Made by a program: the position numbers and the translations under genes
NCBI GenBank assembly: GCA_053919585.1
Contig: CM132791.1
Length of the DNA stretch: 64,000 nucleotides
Origin: Euprymna scolopes
Taxonomy: Eukaryota
Strand: one strand, 5' to 3'
Notes under the pieces: model-generated
Databases searched by the model: none
Told to the model about the DNA's origin: nothing
Seen by the model: only the letters and a program-made list of their open reading frames with translations
Shown here: positions 37,841 through 50,850 of the stretch, piece after piece
Numbering within the stretch: the stretch's first letter is position 1
Layout: each line of letters begins with the position of its first letter

Positions 37841-39284
37841 CTTATTCTTATATATTTTATTATACACGCTGTCGTGATACCGAAAGTATATTGTAACATA
37901 TATATCAATACAAGTATACAATCTTCAATGAAATAATATAATAAATGGGATGCTAACTCTCATTTGTTACCGAAAAGTAAACTAGAGTTTACTAGGGTAA
38001 ATTGCCACGGGTTGTCATTAATATAATGTGACAGCTACACTGATACAACGTACATATATGATTTCTGTGGCATATTTGTATAACAGCACCACATTCTTTG
38101 AAAAAAAAACACCACCCCTGCTATACACAGGGAAACAGCACAGCACAACTACGCTGTTATTGCTTTACTGCCATACCTACACAGAAACGGCCATTGTTAC
38201 ACCTCACCACTGCTATTTACATAATACGCAGCCACACTGTTAAAACTTTACCGCCACTATTGCATTGATATAGCTTATCACTCATATAAGACTAATAACA
38301 CGTACACAGCTTCCACTATATATGACAATGGAAACATAGTTATAAGTACGTTGCTACAACTAGACTGCAGATAATGTTGTATATTAGTCTAAATAATATA
38401 TTCATATATTTACTAGTATGTTGTATTAATATGTCTATTTTCTGTATAGTGTGTGATATATTTAATTATCTCTAAGATGTTGAATATATATGTATGTATA
38501 TATATATACATATTTGAAGTGTAAATGTGATAATCTATGATAAGAATGAGTGTATACACAGGGCATATCATATTTATGACAGGCGGCCTTTACAATAATA
38601 GAAGACGGATACAGTTCTCTTTGGTGGTTAACATCGGCTAATGAGGGAACATACCTATTACTATCTAGGTTGATCTTCATTTGACGGATCCTTGGAAAAG
38701 CTGCAAATGAATATTTGTACGCCCGAAATCTTAGCTGTATTTACAGCAACTTCATTTACCAATGTTTCCCCACTGAAAAGCTGCACGCGAGTATAAGATT
38801 TTTACATATTGACTATCGACATTTTCCGACAGTCACCGCTGCTCGGAGCCATTACAGTCAATGGACCATCTCCCTCCCTTTTGATTGCAGAATATCTTTC
38901 AACTCTGAATAACCACTCTGATTATCAACCCCGACTAATATCTACCTGTCGTTCAAAAAATCGCCCCCCTTCAAAATGACGTCATCAACACGTATCACCA
39001 CGTGATCATCGTTTGATCTCTGTCACCTAGTAATCAATGTTTACTTCTATTTATCAAATTCTTTTTCCTCAAATTAAAATTCTTGGAAACTATTTTAATG
39101 TAAATATTTTCTCAACGTAGAATACGTTTTTGTTTCTATAACATTCTTTCATTTATCGAAATTTATACTAAATTTATGATAAACTGTACACTAATAATCG
39201 GCCACGAGTTGGCTACTCTGTATTTTCGGGATTTAATAGTATGACAATAGTATTCTCATTAAAAACGCACGTTATTGAAATCAT

Positions 39285-39451
39285 ATCTATTACAAGAGAA
39301 TATTATGTTCATTATTTTGACTCTCGAGTATATATCAGTTAATATCTAATAGGTTTTTAGATCGAGTGATGTGGTTCTCGATTGATTAACTGTGTCGATA
39401 TATACTCGAGAGTCAAAGCAATGATAATAATATTCTCTTGTCATAGCCCTA
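39285..39451. mobile_element. MITE with long TIRs (hAT-like), same family as 62175
   Basis: acaagagaatattat..tttgactctcgagtatatatc / gatatatactcgagagtcaaa..ataatattctcttgtcatagcccta. Confidence 0.75.
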
Positions 39452-41584
39452 ATCAAAACACAGCTACTCTGTCACAACACGTTAAACTACCACAACTACA
39501 ATAATAAATAATAGAAATTACGTCGATTTTTTTTTTATTTCACGTGTCCTCTTTTATATGTAATCTATAATACAACGGATAGTTGTCAGTGTGTGTGCCT
39601 AGCTAAAATAAACAAAACAACAAATGAAACACCCCAAACGTTGGTATATGATTGCTCCGCTTTACATTGGATGAATAATATCCTAATTTACAAAAATAGT
39701 ATTTCACCGGGGATCAACGCGATGGGTTTCTTCAAAGGAGGAGTTCTGTCATTACCAATGTTATCTATTATATGAAAGAGATGAATGACGTTCACTATTA
39801 AAGGGAGAGATATGGGCTGAAATTACAGGCGGGGGAGAATTAAGTAGAAAAATGGGGAAGGAGAAAAGAGAGAAAGATAGAGAATTGAGAGAGATAGAAG
39901 TTTGATATAAAGATTTTACTCGTACTTTTTAATCTGTTTTATTTTTTGTTGTTGTTTTATGGCCCCGGGCAAGGCTGTGTAACCCTGCTAGAATGATTCA
40001 TTGTACAAATTCAAAACACCAGTAGATATTTTCTTGTGTTGCTATAGCGCGATATCACTACTACAGCTGCATCATTTTCTTCGACCTATTTCAAATACGA
40101 CCAGTTTTTATAACTGATAAAGATAATTGTTCGAAAAGAAAATTTGCTTCACTCAAAAATATATTTTTTTTTTATGTATTAAACGACAAAATCCATGTTT
40201 TTATCACTTCAGTATCCAACCATCAATGGACTGCGAATAACGGCGCAATGCTCATGCTGAATCAAAGATTTCACACCTCCTGGAATAGGCTATTAATCGA
40301 CGTTTGGCAATTCAAAATTGTCAGATATCTTCATGACACATTGAAATATTGTTATTTCTTCATTCTGCATGAAATCATTGCCATGAACACCATTTACAAG
40401 ACTTGTTGGACACATTTGAAGAATTCAACGGCCATTTTCTTTCTAGGTCGCTGTTTTTACATGTTAACGGTTATGGTTATGGTTAGGATTGGGTAGGGTT
40501 AAGTGAGGGTAAAGACAGACCCATGTTGAAAACATCGGAAAATGATATTCATCTGTGTGATTTTAGGTGTAAGCAGAAATATAAAAGGATGTATTTTTAT
40601 GCAAATATTCAATCATATTAACAGATTCTATCATCGATATCAAGAAATGGAAGGTTTTTGATACTTCAACGCAAATTTTCTTTGCTTTTTTTTTAATGGG
40701 GTTGGGATATTTGGGTGCGGCGCTTTCTTCAAAACATCCACGTTTTATGCTGTAGGCTTTATATTATGCCACCAGCTCTACAATGATGGGAAAGTGGAAG
40801 CTCTACATCTCTCTCTCTCTCTTGTGATGAATTTACTGGTGTTCAATATCGTAAAAAAACACGTTATGTGAGCGACGTTTTTTATGACTGGCTTTCATAG
40901 CAACCACGTCGGTTCAGCGACTACTGTTGCTACCAATTCACCGCTCCCGCGAAAAGAGAAATAACAAGTGAGGATAATTGGGGTATTTTATTGAAAACAG
41001 GCGAGTGCCGTACATTGTTACTTAATATTTGTGTGTTATGTGTGGGGCAAAATATGACTGAAATTAAACAAAGAACAAGTGAATTAACTGGTTCAGTTTG
41101 AACATGGAAAAGTAAAGGACTAGTTGTTAAAGTTGAAGAAGAAAAGGACAAGATATTCTAGAAAAATATAATAAATTTATAACTTAAAATATTGCAGAAT
41201 CAAGATATTTTTAAATTCAATTTATAACATTATATCATCAGTTCTTTTTTTATTATGTAATACTACATCTCTGAGACCCTTAAATGTTTTGTAACAAATG
41301 TATCAGCACTAATTAAAACCCAAAGCCCACTTTATGATAAGCGTTAATGAATGCCAGGATGCCGATGAGACAATACTATGATGATAGGTACTGGTGGAAA
41401 TTGTATAAAATTTGCGTGTTTAAGAGGACTACGCAACAAGGACCTGTTTACATAGGACTTCAATGCAATTATGTTTTAGCCAGTTTAGAAGCAGTCTCCC
41501 GGTATCGTGTTACACAGACGGACAGTTCGTGTAAAGAAACTTTACCCGCGGACTTTTAGGTACTAATAGAGAGTAAAGGAATTG

Positions 41585-42465
41585 TGTTATAAGAAAAGGT
41601 TCCCCTTTTCTTGTAAGTAAGAAAAACATTAGATAAGTGAAAATGATATTAGGACCGAGATTTGAACTTTGTAAGCAAGGTTCAGAAATGGAATTTCACA
41701 TTGTTCAGTTTCACAAAAAGTAGTTTAGATATGTTTTTTGTAAAAGGAATTTTAATTGTTCAATTCTTTTTTATGAAAACTGAATTAAAATAAGGTCAGC
41801 TAGAGAAGAAGGAACAATTTCAATTTAAAAACATATTGAAAAATAAGTTAGGTCGAAAAATAGGTTAGTGAGAATTCTTTGTCTGCAGAAATGGTTTGGA
41901 AACATGTGCCGAACCACGTATGTTTAGGCCACGTGGGGCGATCACGTTTACAGACACACGCATGACAGCATGGCAGAAATGAGTTCTCAATATAGGAGCT
42001 AGAGTCGAAGATCAGAGACGGAGACGAAGATCGGAGGAAGTCGAGTCCGGATCGAAGTCAGCACCGTCAGCCGGACAGAGCTGACATGAGGAGAGTCCCC
42101 CTTTAGAAACGAAGGGTTAGAACATTAAACATGTAGAATTGACTTTGAATTCCTGGATGTCACCGGTCATATGTAATAAAAGAGCAAATTAAATGTAATG
42201 TGTAATCATCTTATATGAACACTATTCCCACTCATTGTTATTAATGAACTTTGTATAACCCATCCTAAGTAATGTGTCCCCCTCTCCATCATAAGTAATG
42301 ACTGCCCCCTCTTGTCTTAAAATAACTGATCACCCTCTCCTCGCTATATGTGCTATGTTAAGAATCTACAGAATTGTATAAATGTCTCACTCTCTCTCTT
42401 CTCCCCTCATCAATATGAATGTCCCCATCCTATCTCTTAATATGAAACCTCCCGGCTATACAACA
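41585..42465 (+). mobile_element. Solo LTR (881 bp), TG...CA, 4-bp TSD ATTG (Ty3/gypsy-like)
   Basis: ATTG|TGTTAT at 41581-41590 and CAACA|ATTG at 42461-42469; AATAAA at about 42175. Confidence 0.65.
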
Positions 42466-42549
42466 ATTGTTGAACGTGGACGATTAATTGCTTCTGATGT
42501 TCTCATGGGAGAGTGATCATAGATATCAGTTCAGTGGAGCACCTGCTAT

Positions 42550-43718
42550 CAAGATTTCCAGCTACGGTATCACTGGAAATATTTACTCAATCATTAAATC
42601 ATTTCTCTCCGATAGGTTCATAACAGTAGTGGTTGATGGGCAGAAATCAGAGGCCCACAGTATTAATGCTGGAGTCCCTCAGGGGTCCATTCTGGGCCCA
42701 ACTCGCTTCCTGATCTACATCAATGATCTCCCAAAACATATGCTTAAATCATTCGTTGACATCTATGCTGATGACACGACCATCTATGGCAACACATCAA
42801 AGGCTGTAAATAACAAAGTTCTCTCTGATTCTCTCTCCTCTGATATTGAGTGGGGGAAGAGGTGGCTGGTCACTTTTAATGCATCTAAAACCAAGCTTCT
42901 ATCTTAATATCATCAACGCTCTTATCCCCATCTGGCATCAATTGAAATGGATGGCTCTCGTCTTGGGGAAGTTCCATGTTTTGACAAGCTACTGGGTTTG
43001 ACCTTTACTCCTGATCTGAAATGGAACAAGTACATCAGGTCTGTTGCCAAGGACGCTGGGAAAATGGTGGGATCCATCTACCACTCCAGAAGATATCTCA
43101 CTACTGATGCAATTCTCTATCTGTATAAAAGCCAAGTACGTCCAAGGATGGAGTACTGCTGCCACATCTGGGCAGGAGCTGCTAAAAACAGCCTATTCTG
43201 CCTTGACAGAGTACAAAATATACTTCGTGGTTTAGTGATGGATGTCCTTTTCTATTCCCGGCAGCCTCTCTCCCACAGAAGAGACGTTGCGAGCCTGTCT
43301 TTGTTTTATCGTTATTTCCATGGCAAGTGCTCGTCTGAGCTCCAATCTCTGGTCCTCCTCACCAATCTTTCACGAGAAACACCCGTCTGGCTGAAACCAA
43401 TGTCAATAATTTTCCTTACTCTTTATCTGTGTCTAAATCCAAACGTAGATTCCATGAACAAAGCTTCTTTCTCAGAAGTGCACGACTGTGGAACTCTCTT
43501 CCGTTCGCCTGTTTCCCACTTGACTACAACTTGGATGTCTTCAAATCCAACATAAACAAATTCCTGACAAACCGCCCCCTTAAGTAAGACACTCTATCAA
43601 ATCTCCAATACTAATGCTTACTACAATACTATCTTATTGATTACTGTACACGCAATAACCCTTATCCATTAGTGGCCTCCGGGCCTTGATAAGTGGTGAT
43701 CCCCATGTAAAAAAAAAG
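42550..43718 (+). mobile_element. 5'-truncated CR1-clade (Zenon-like) LINE with RT remnant
   Basis: GVPQGSILGP, YINDL, YADD, LVTFNASKT, VRPRMEYCCHIWAGA, LSHRRDVASLSLFYRYFHGKCSSEL; ends in an A tail; stops and frameshifts present. Confidence 0.95.
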
Positions 43719-43794
43719 AAAGAACAGAGATAGGCGAGACACGTCTCCTCTGTGACAAAGAGATAGTAAAGAGGAGAAATAGGCATCGTTTTGT

Positions 43795-44420
43795 CCAATC
43801 CCAGCGTTTATCCTTTTAAAAGTTGGTTTATTCCATTAAAAAAGTTTGCAATTTTTCCAAACTGGTTTAGTTTATTCCAAACGTTTATTATTTTTCTAAA
43901 GCCGGTTTAGTCCATTACTAACATTTATTTATTTTCAAAGCTGGTTTAGTCCATTATAAAGGTTTATCATTTTTATTAGCTGGTTTAGTATATTCCATGC
44001 CTTTATCATATTTCAAAATCTGGTTTAGTCCATTCCTTACGTTTATTATTTTTCAAAAATTGGTTTAGTCTATTCCTAGTGTTTATCCTTTTTCACCAGA
44101 TTGTTTGTTTTCCCCCCAACGCTTATCATGTTCCAAAAGCTTGTTTAGTTAAATCCAAACGTATATTGTTTTCAAAAGCTGATTAAATCCATTCCCAGCG
44201 TTTATCCTTTTTCAAAAGTCGGTTTAGTTTATTCCAAAAATTTATCAATTTTAAAAAGTTAGTTTAATCCATTCACAACGTTCATTCTTTTCTCAAAAAC
44301 TGGTTGAGTCAATTCCAAACGTTTATCTTTTTTAAAGCTGGTTTACTCCATTCTAAAAGTTTATTCTTTTTCAAATGCTTGTGTAATCAATTCGCCAACT
44401 TTTATCTCTTTCAAAAGAAC
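43795..44420 (+). repeat. Minisatellite, ~39-bp unit, about 16 diverged copies
   Basis: Recurring gtttatcatttttcaaaagctggtttagtccattcc unit without unique spacers. Confidence 0.9.
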
Positions 44421-44885
44421 ATATTTATGTAATTATCATTTTATTCGTAAGTAATACCGTCAAAACACGACATAGTTGTTTCCATTAGAAAAACATTATT
44501 TTCATCGTTTCAAAAAAGGAAAAAAAAAACGATTTTTATAATTTAAACTTCTTTTGCAAACAAGAAAAAACTGCTGCGACACTTTCCATGAAAAATAGAA
44601 AATTTTTTGCCCTTTTTCCATAGTTGTTTCCATGGTTTTATCTTTAGAAAAACCTATATCTTTAAAATATTTGTTGAGAAAATTTTGTTAACATATTTTT
44701 CTTGAAGAATATTGCTTTAATTTAATAAAACTTAGGATGAGTCTTATATTGAGTTTAGTTTTCGGCGATTTTAATTTATCGTCTGGCAATGTTTTCCTCG
44801 GATTATTTTTCGACAACTTTCTCGCTGGCTTAGCGTAACCTGTCGAGGCATAACGCCTATGCCTTGGATCAGGTTTTGAGTCATT

Positions 44886-44965
<80 letters not shown>

Positions 44966-44966
<1 letters not shown>

Positions 44967-45419
44967 TTGAGAATAAAAGTATCTAACAATCAACTGGTAT
45001 GAAAAGCAGTGGGATTTCTCTAGGACTGTTACCTTGTGATGTGGATTACTCAAAATACAGATTGGATCACTTTACCTCACTGTTATTAAGGACATTCACT
45101 TCGGATTTTACCATGCAATTTGGATGTAGATTTCTATATCCTTTTCAGTAACTTCCCTTACTCTATGATATTTAGATACTTAAAAAAAACTTTTAATTGT
45201 GATTTTCTATGTCTCACTGACTTTAGCAAATAAGGTGCAAACCATTATAATTATTTGCTAATATTTTCTCTTCTGAAGAGATGGTAGACATCGAAATCCT
45301 ATAGGATAAGGAGTTATAATATTTCAAGTGTATTCTTTGTCTTACATAGAATAATAAACATCTTTTGATTTTAAATTTAACTATTTCACGTCATAATTTT
45401 TTTAATTTATTGAACGATT

Positions 45420-45425
<6 letters not shown>
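44966..45425 (+). mobile_element. Non-coding hammerhead-bearing cassette between two long (TA)n tracts (solo pLTR / retrozyme-like)
   Basis: (TA)n at about 44889-44965 and 45425-45490; intact hammerhead inside. Confidence 0.65.
45268..45313 (+). ncRNA. Intact type I hammerhead ribozyme
   Basis: ctctt-CTGAAGA-gatg-gtaga-catc-GAAA-tcc-tata-gga-TA-aggag. All three stems pair; stem III is palindrome ATCCTATAGGAT; AUA triplet, cleavage after 45308. Confidence 0.9.
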
Positions 45426-45496
<71 letters not shown>

Positions 45497-46468
45497 ACTC
45501 TCCCGTTGATTTCGACGTATGAGGTTCGGACGACCCATATTTCTAAAACTCATTTATGCTTTTGCCTCTGATGACTTTTTAGTCCAGCAAGGGACTTGCA
45601 AACAAGGCTACAAATAGAACATGAATGTGGATTTAACGCTGCAGATATTGGTGCGGCTGCTAGTCGTTTTGCTCTTACTCTGTTTACTTTCAGTTGCCTT
45701 AAGCTTTCAGATTGAAACCTCTGGAGACCTTCAAAACACCTTGATCTCCATCCTTATATCTATANNNNNNNNNNNNNNNNNNNNNNNNNNNNNNNNNNNN
45801 NNNNNNNNNNNNNNNNNNNNNNNNNNNNNNNNNNNNNNNNNNNNNNNNNNNNNNNNNNNNNNNNNNNNNNNNNNNNNNNNNNNNNNNNNNNNNNNNNNNN
45901 NNNATATTACTTGAAATTAATATAATCTAAAATAATTATAATAAGTATAAATCATCATCTCAAAAATTCAGAAATAATATATCAATTCTGTTCTTTTTTA
46001 TTAATGCTGCTAAACTGTTCTGATCTGTTTTTTTTTTAATCTATGTTTTTATCAAATGTCAAACTTGCCAATATTAGCCAAATAGCTGACAGATCGGATA
46101 GATGAATTTAAAGTCAACAAAAAATGTTGGAAGAAATAAACACTCCAAAAAGGCAATTTGACGTGAGAGAATGTTGATGATTCATGTGGCGCCAGGATTC
46201 GCAACACATTTTCCTATAATAAAATATACCTGTCTTCTTAGCGTTTAGTTTATAGTCACTTTGTTGCTCCTTAAACTGTGTGTAATGCGGAAGTGACTTC
46301 TTACTTCCTGTGGATAATTTGTCTTAATAGCATACATTGNNNNNNNNNNNNNNNNNNNNNNNNNNNNNNNNNNNNNNNNNNNNNNNNNNNNNNNNNNNNN
46401 NNNNNNNNNNNNNNNNNNNNNNNNNNNNNNNNNNNNNNNNNNNNNNNNNNNNNNNNNNNNNNNNNNNN

Positions 46469-46588
46469 ATACGAAAGTATAATTTTATGCGTAAACTAAG
46501 TATTTACTTCAACAGTGTTAATTACATAGGTAGAGCTAGATAGTAAGTTAGAAAGCTTAATTGCCATATATATTTTTCTAACTTGCTA

Positions 46589-46590
<2 letters not shown>
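46469..46590. repeat. Third copy of the palindrome-cassette family with centre deleted
   Basis: Left part is the reverse complement of the 27410-27500 tail; right part gcttaattgccatatatattttt is the forward tail; residual IR tagtaagttagaaa/tttctaacttgcta. Confidence 0.7.
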
Positions 46591-46659
<69 letters not shown>

Positions 46660-46867
46660 TGTGTGTAAGATTAAAACATGGTACATTAAATATTAAAACA
46701 TTCTCGTAGGACTACAAAAACTTTAGTCTTTTCGTCTGTAATGTCCCAATTATACCTTGAAATATGTAGGGTTTTTTAAATGAATTATATGACTCCTAAG
46801 AAATTTCATTTATCATCACCATAAAAAACTTGAGAACGGTTTAGTTTTCTGATCTTAATATTATCTG

Positions 46868-46920
46868 TCTGTGATAAGTTGTTTGATGTTCGTACGCAAT
46901 ACAACGAAACACGTGTAAGA
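46868..46920 (+). ncRNA. Degenerate hammerhead (core GTGATAA), similar to 37244
   Basis: tct-gtgataa-gttgt...acaac-GAAA-cACGTg-TA-aga. Confidence 0.5.
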
Positions 46921-47925
46921 TAAAATAAAATATTTGGAAAGAAAATATAAAGATATAGATTTTCGAGACTGTGAATGTAAACTACTGATACACATACACA
47001 CACACACATGTATAATATATATATTGATTACATATGTGCATACATGTTTCAGTGAAATCTCAATTCAAATAAACCACCCCATCAAACCAAAATCAGGGAT
47101 GCTATTCAAACGTGAATCAAGGGTACAGTCATTTTCATAGAATATATTTGGGTGCAGTGAGGCTCTGAAAGGAAAGGGGTGTCCAGTTAGTGAATGGGAA
47201 ACTTAGAGGTTTTGGAGGGAGGGATGGTGAGGAAAGGGAGTGGGTGGCAGGAGTAGAGGGAAGACAGGGGAAGTACGATGCCGTGTGGTGAAGCTGTCGT
47301 AGCGGGGAGGTATTGTTTTATTTTAACTTGGCGGTTGTATATTGGCCTAGGGTTTTGGTTTGAGTTGAAGTAATATTATACCCACATCGTTGTAGCTTCC
47401 GTATCTTAAGTCTTTATGGTTGTTTTTTCTTTATTGGTGGCGACTTCTTTATATATCTTTTTTGTTGATAAGCTCTATTTATTTATTTTGTTCCTCGCTT
47501 TTTAATCCGTTCATTTGTTTCTCGTTTTTATTTATTAATTTGTTTATTTATTTAAAAATATACGTCCACCTGGTCAAATAAACAGTCAGTGGACAAATAT
47601 ACAGTCTTATTTATATGATTTAAATAAAGGTTGTATACTGGGAGTTATATTTTCCATCTTAACGCGGTGTCCGATGTAATTACGCAGGCAAAGGTTTTCA
47701 TATCTATATATAAACTTGATTTCGATGGCTGTCATTCTTTCATTTCGGCTGTTTATCTTGTCATCTGTACTTGCGTATCCTTTATTAATCACGCAGACAA
47801 ACAAAAACAAATAACGTGTAAATAAATCGCGATATATCCAAGCAGTCGGCGAGATGGACCAGCGGATAACGTGTTCAGGCTCATTACCGTGGGGGTCTTG
47901 ATTTCGAATTTCGCTAGATTCAGCA

Positions 47926-47962
47926 ACTCTGATGAATCGTAGACGACGAAACACGTGTCAGT
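47926..47962 (+). ncRNA. Minimal type I hammerhead ribozyme, copy 1
   Basis: act-CTGATGA-atcg-taga-cgac-GAAA-c-ACGT-g-TC-agt; GUC triplet; first stem II pair mutated. Confidence 0.8.
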
Positions 47963-48236
47963 ATGATAATTATATTTTAAAAACAATATATATATATACT
48001 GCCCCCATGTGGGGGTACCGAATTGGTTCAAGAGAAAATTATTCCCAACTCGCATTTAGGTAAAAATGCACTTTCGTAAATAATTGAATTCATTCAAAAA
48101 CGTATCGCAAAAAAGCGAAAGCAAATAACATCTTAGTAAACAGCGAGATATCCAAGCAGTCGGCAAGATGGCCAGGCGGGAAAAGAGTTCAGGCTCATTA
48201 CCGTGGGGTTATGATTTCGAATTTCACTAGATTCAG

Positions 48237-48277
48237 CCACTCTGATGAGTCGTAGACGACGAAACACATATCAGTGG
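48237..48277 (+). ncRNA. Minimal type I hammerhead ribozyme, copy 2
   Basis: ccact-CTGATGA-gtcg-taga-cgac-GAAA-cacata-TC-agtgg; perfect stems I and II; stem III palindrome mutated. Confidence 0.8.
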
Positions 48278-48293
48278 ATAATTATATTTTAAA

Positions 48294-48367
<74 letters not shown>

Positions 48368-50164
48368 TTTAGTGGAAGCTGCTAGACAATGCATATGAAA
48401 ATTTAACAACAATTTTTATTATTTTAACTAACCATGTTTTGATTCAAGGTTCTTTTTGTCTTACTTTGTGTCTATTGCGAATCAAGATTTAGTATGTAAC
48501 TGGTTAAAGTCGAAACTATACTATCGCCACTATATCTAAATCCGTAACTGTAAAAATAATATGCAAAACTGATCAATTCAGCTTGCTATGCTATTTCAGA
48601 ACAAAATACTAAATTCAGGGGTGTAGTGTAGTAAATGTTCTGTTGCCATGATCCTATGCAGAAAATCATTATCTCTTGATATTTTGAGGAGCTGAAGTGT
48701 CATATCTTTTCTGTCATCATGCTACCATACTCGCATCAAATTGTTAGGTGAAAGTTCAAAATTCTGAAAAAAAAAGTCACCTCCTTCCCCATGTTTGTAC
48801 CGACTTTCATAAAAACGTTATTTCAACACGGTCCGTAAAGTGCATATTATATTGAAAGTCATCCTTAACATTGGGAGGATAAGTTTGTTAATTAATTTTT
48901 ACTTTAACCTATTACTTCAATTAATTAATTAATAAATAAAAATCAATAGAAAACTTTACAAACAAGAAAAGTACGCGACCCAAAACAGGAAGTGTTTACG
49001 AACAGGAATTATGTCTAATTGAACACCGTTTGATGCTGACTTTGATTCGAGCAGTTTTCTGGTTTGTCAAATTTTATTTTCTATATATGTTATTAGCCTT
49101 GCTTCTTTTGTTCCATTTTATTTCTTATTTAGTGTTGTATTTAGCAATTCCTACGTTGGAGTTCATCACTCGACATAAAATAAAAACAAAAACAAAAAAA
49201 AAAGACCAAAAACGTTTATTCGCAATGACTGGTACATGTTACGCAGTTAGAAATAACGTCTTTTCGCGTGATAACGCTTGGATGTACAGAATGAAAACGA
49301 TGTTATGACAGCTTGACGTGTTTACTGGAGTTTTATGCGTGAAGCGTGCAAACAAATCGAACACAATAAAAAGGCCAGTTGATGATACCGGAAGTCGTTA
49401 GAAGCCGACACATTCACAAATTGCCAAAATACTATTTCATTTCTTTTTTTTTTTTTCACTTTGAATGCTTACTGCTCAGCTTTTGGTTTTCATCAGATCT
49501 GTTTACATTAACTCAAAGAGACTAATTCTTTAAAAAAAAAACGGCGAGACTAAATTTAGATCACAGTGTGACCAGTTCATTTATAGAAAAGGGACTCTTT
49601 AATGAATAGTTTTCATGCAGTTAAGGAGCGCAAATCAACAACAACGCAAAAGCTTTTTCTTGTTACGTTTGTGGCAAAGTAGACATGCGATTCGAATGAA
49701 TGCTAAAACGCAAATGGCTTTAATTGCTTAACCTCTTTCTTTATATGGTTTGTTTCAAAACACGGTCTTCATCGCTTCCTAAAACTAACAATTTTTAAAC
49801 ATAACGGTGTATACTCAAAGTACTTTCAACCAATGGAAATATTTCCAAACACCCTAAAAGTAACACATAGATGTGAAAGTAGTAAGTAGTGTGAACTTAG
49901 AAATTCTTATGAGAACAGATCAACAGAATCAGTTTTCTCCAGACGTCAGCCGAACCCAAAAGACACCAGAACATTCGTTCTTCATCCCTAATCCCGGTGT
50001 GCGGGTAAAGCAAGTCGTAAAAGGAAGGGACCCAATGACTCACATATAAGCCTTATCAACTATCGCACGGCTATACAACCTAGAAAAACGCAGACACATA
50101 CATAATGCTACGTGTCCGAATACTCACATACGCCATATATTTGTAGGGTGAAGATTTTGACTTC

Positions 50165-50850
50165 CTCCAATAATTACAAGAATCCTTCTCAACCACCAAA
50201 AAAGTATAACTAAAAATATATTACCTGAAAGTACTTGTTTCAAACTCCTCGGATTTACGTTCACGGGGAACATGAGTTGGAACAGATACATTGAGAGCAT
50301 TTCCAAGGCCGCTGTGAAGAAAGAGGGCTCGCTCTCTCGTGCTAGAAAGTTATTTACGCCTGAAAGTATCCTGTAAGGCCACCATTCGCCCACGTATGGA
50401 GTATTGTCTCTTTTGGGCTGGTGCATCTGCTACTAGTCTCTCGCTTCTGGGCAGTGTTCAAAAGAGTCGCCACTGTCCCATCGACGAAATGTTACATCCC
50501 TCTGCCTGTTCTACATTTTTTTCATGGTGAGTGCTCTGACGAACTACAAGGTCTTATACCTCTTCGACATAAATACTCCGGACAAACCTGACAGGCAACC
50601 AAATCCCACCCCTAAAGAGTAGAGACTCGTCGATGTAAGAAAGCCTTCTTCTCTAATCGTTTCTTCCCCAGAATTGCTAGACTTTGAACTCCCTTTCCAA
50701 GTTCCTGCTTTCTCAACTCTACTGATATGCAGAAATTCAAATGTAATGTGGATGGACATCTCGTTGCTCAACTCCCTACATAGTATCCCTGCAACTACTG
50801 TCCCCGATAGTAGCCCTTTCAATCAAATGGCACTGTGCCTTGGTTGGAAT
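50165..50850 (+). mobile_element. CR1-clade LINE 3' fragment (subfamily of 56020 copy)
   Basis: KLLGFTFTGNMSWNRYIE, IRPRMEYC; 3'UTR actactgtccccgatagtagccc shared with 57690. Confidence 0.85.

Larger units (their letters stand above)
47830..48300 (+). mobile_element. Tandem hammerhead-bearing repeat (313-nt period), retrozyme / tandem pLTR-like
   Basis: 47830-47990 matches 48143-48300 (gatatatccaagcagtcggc..ttcaggctcattaccgtgggg..gatttcgaatttc); each copy ends in (TA)n. Confidence 0.8.

Noticed and set aside
43795-44420. Regular short repeats as a CRISPR array (also 60969-61780)
   Set aside because: No unique spacers, no cas genes, eukaryotic context; ordinary tandem repeats.
45568-45605. 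CTGATGA plus agtcc/ggact hairpin
   Set aside because: Spacing wrong and GAAA absent.
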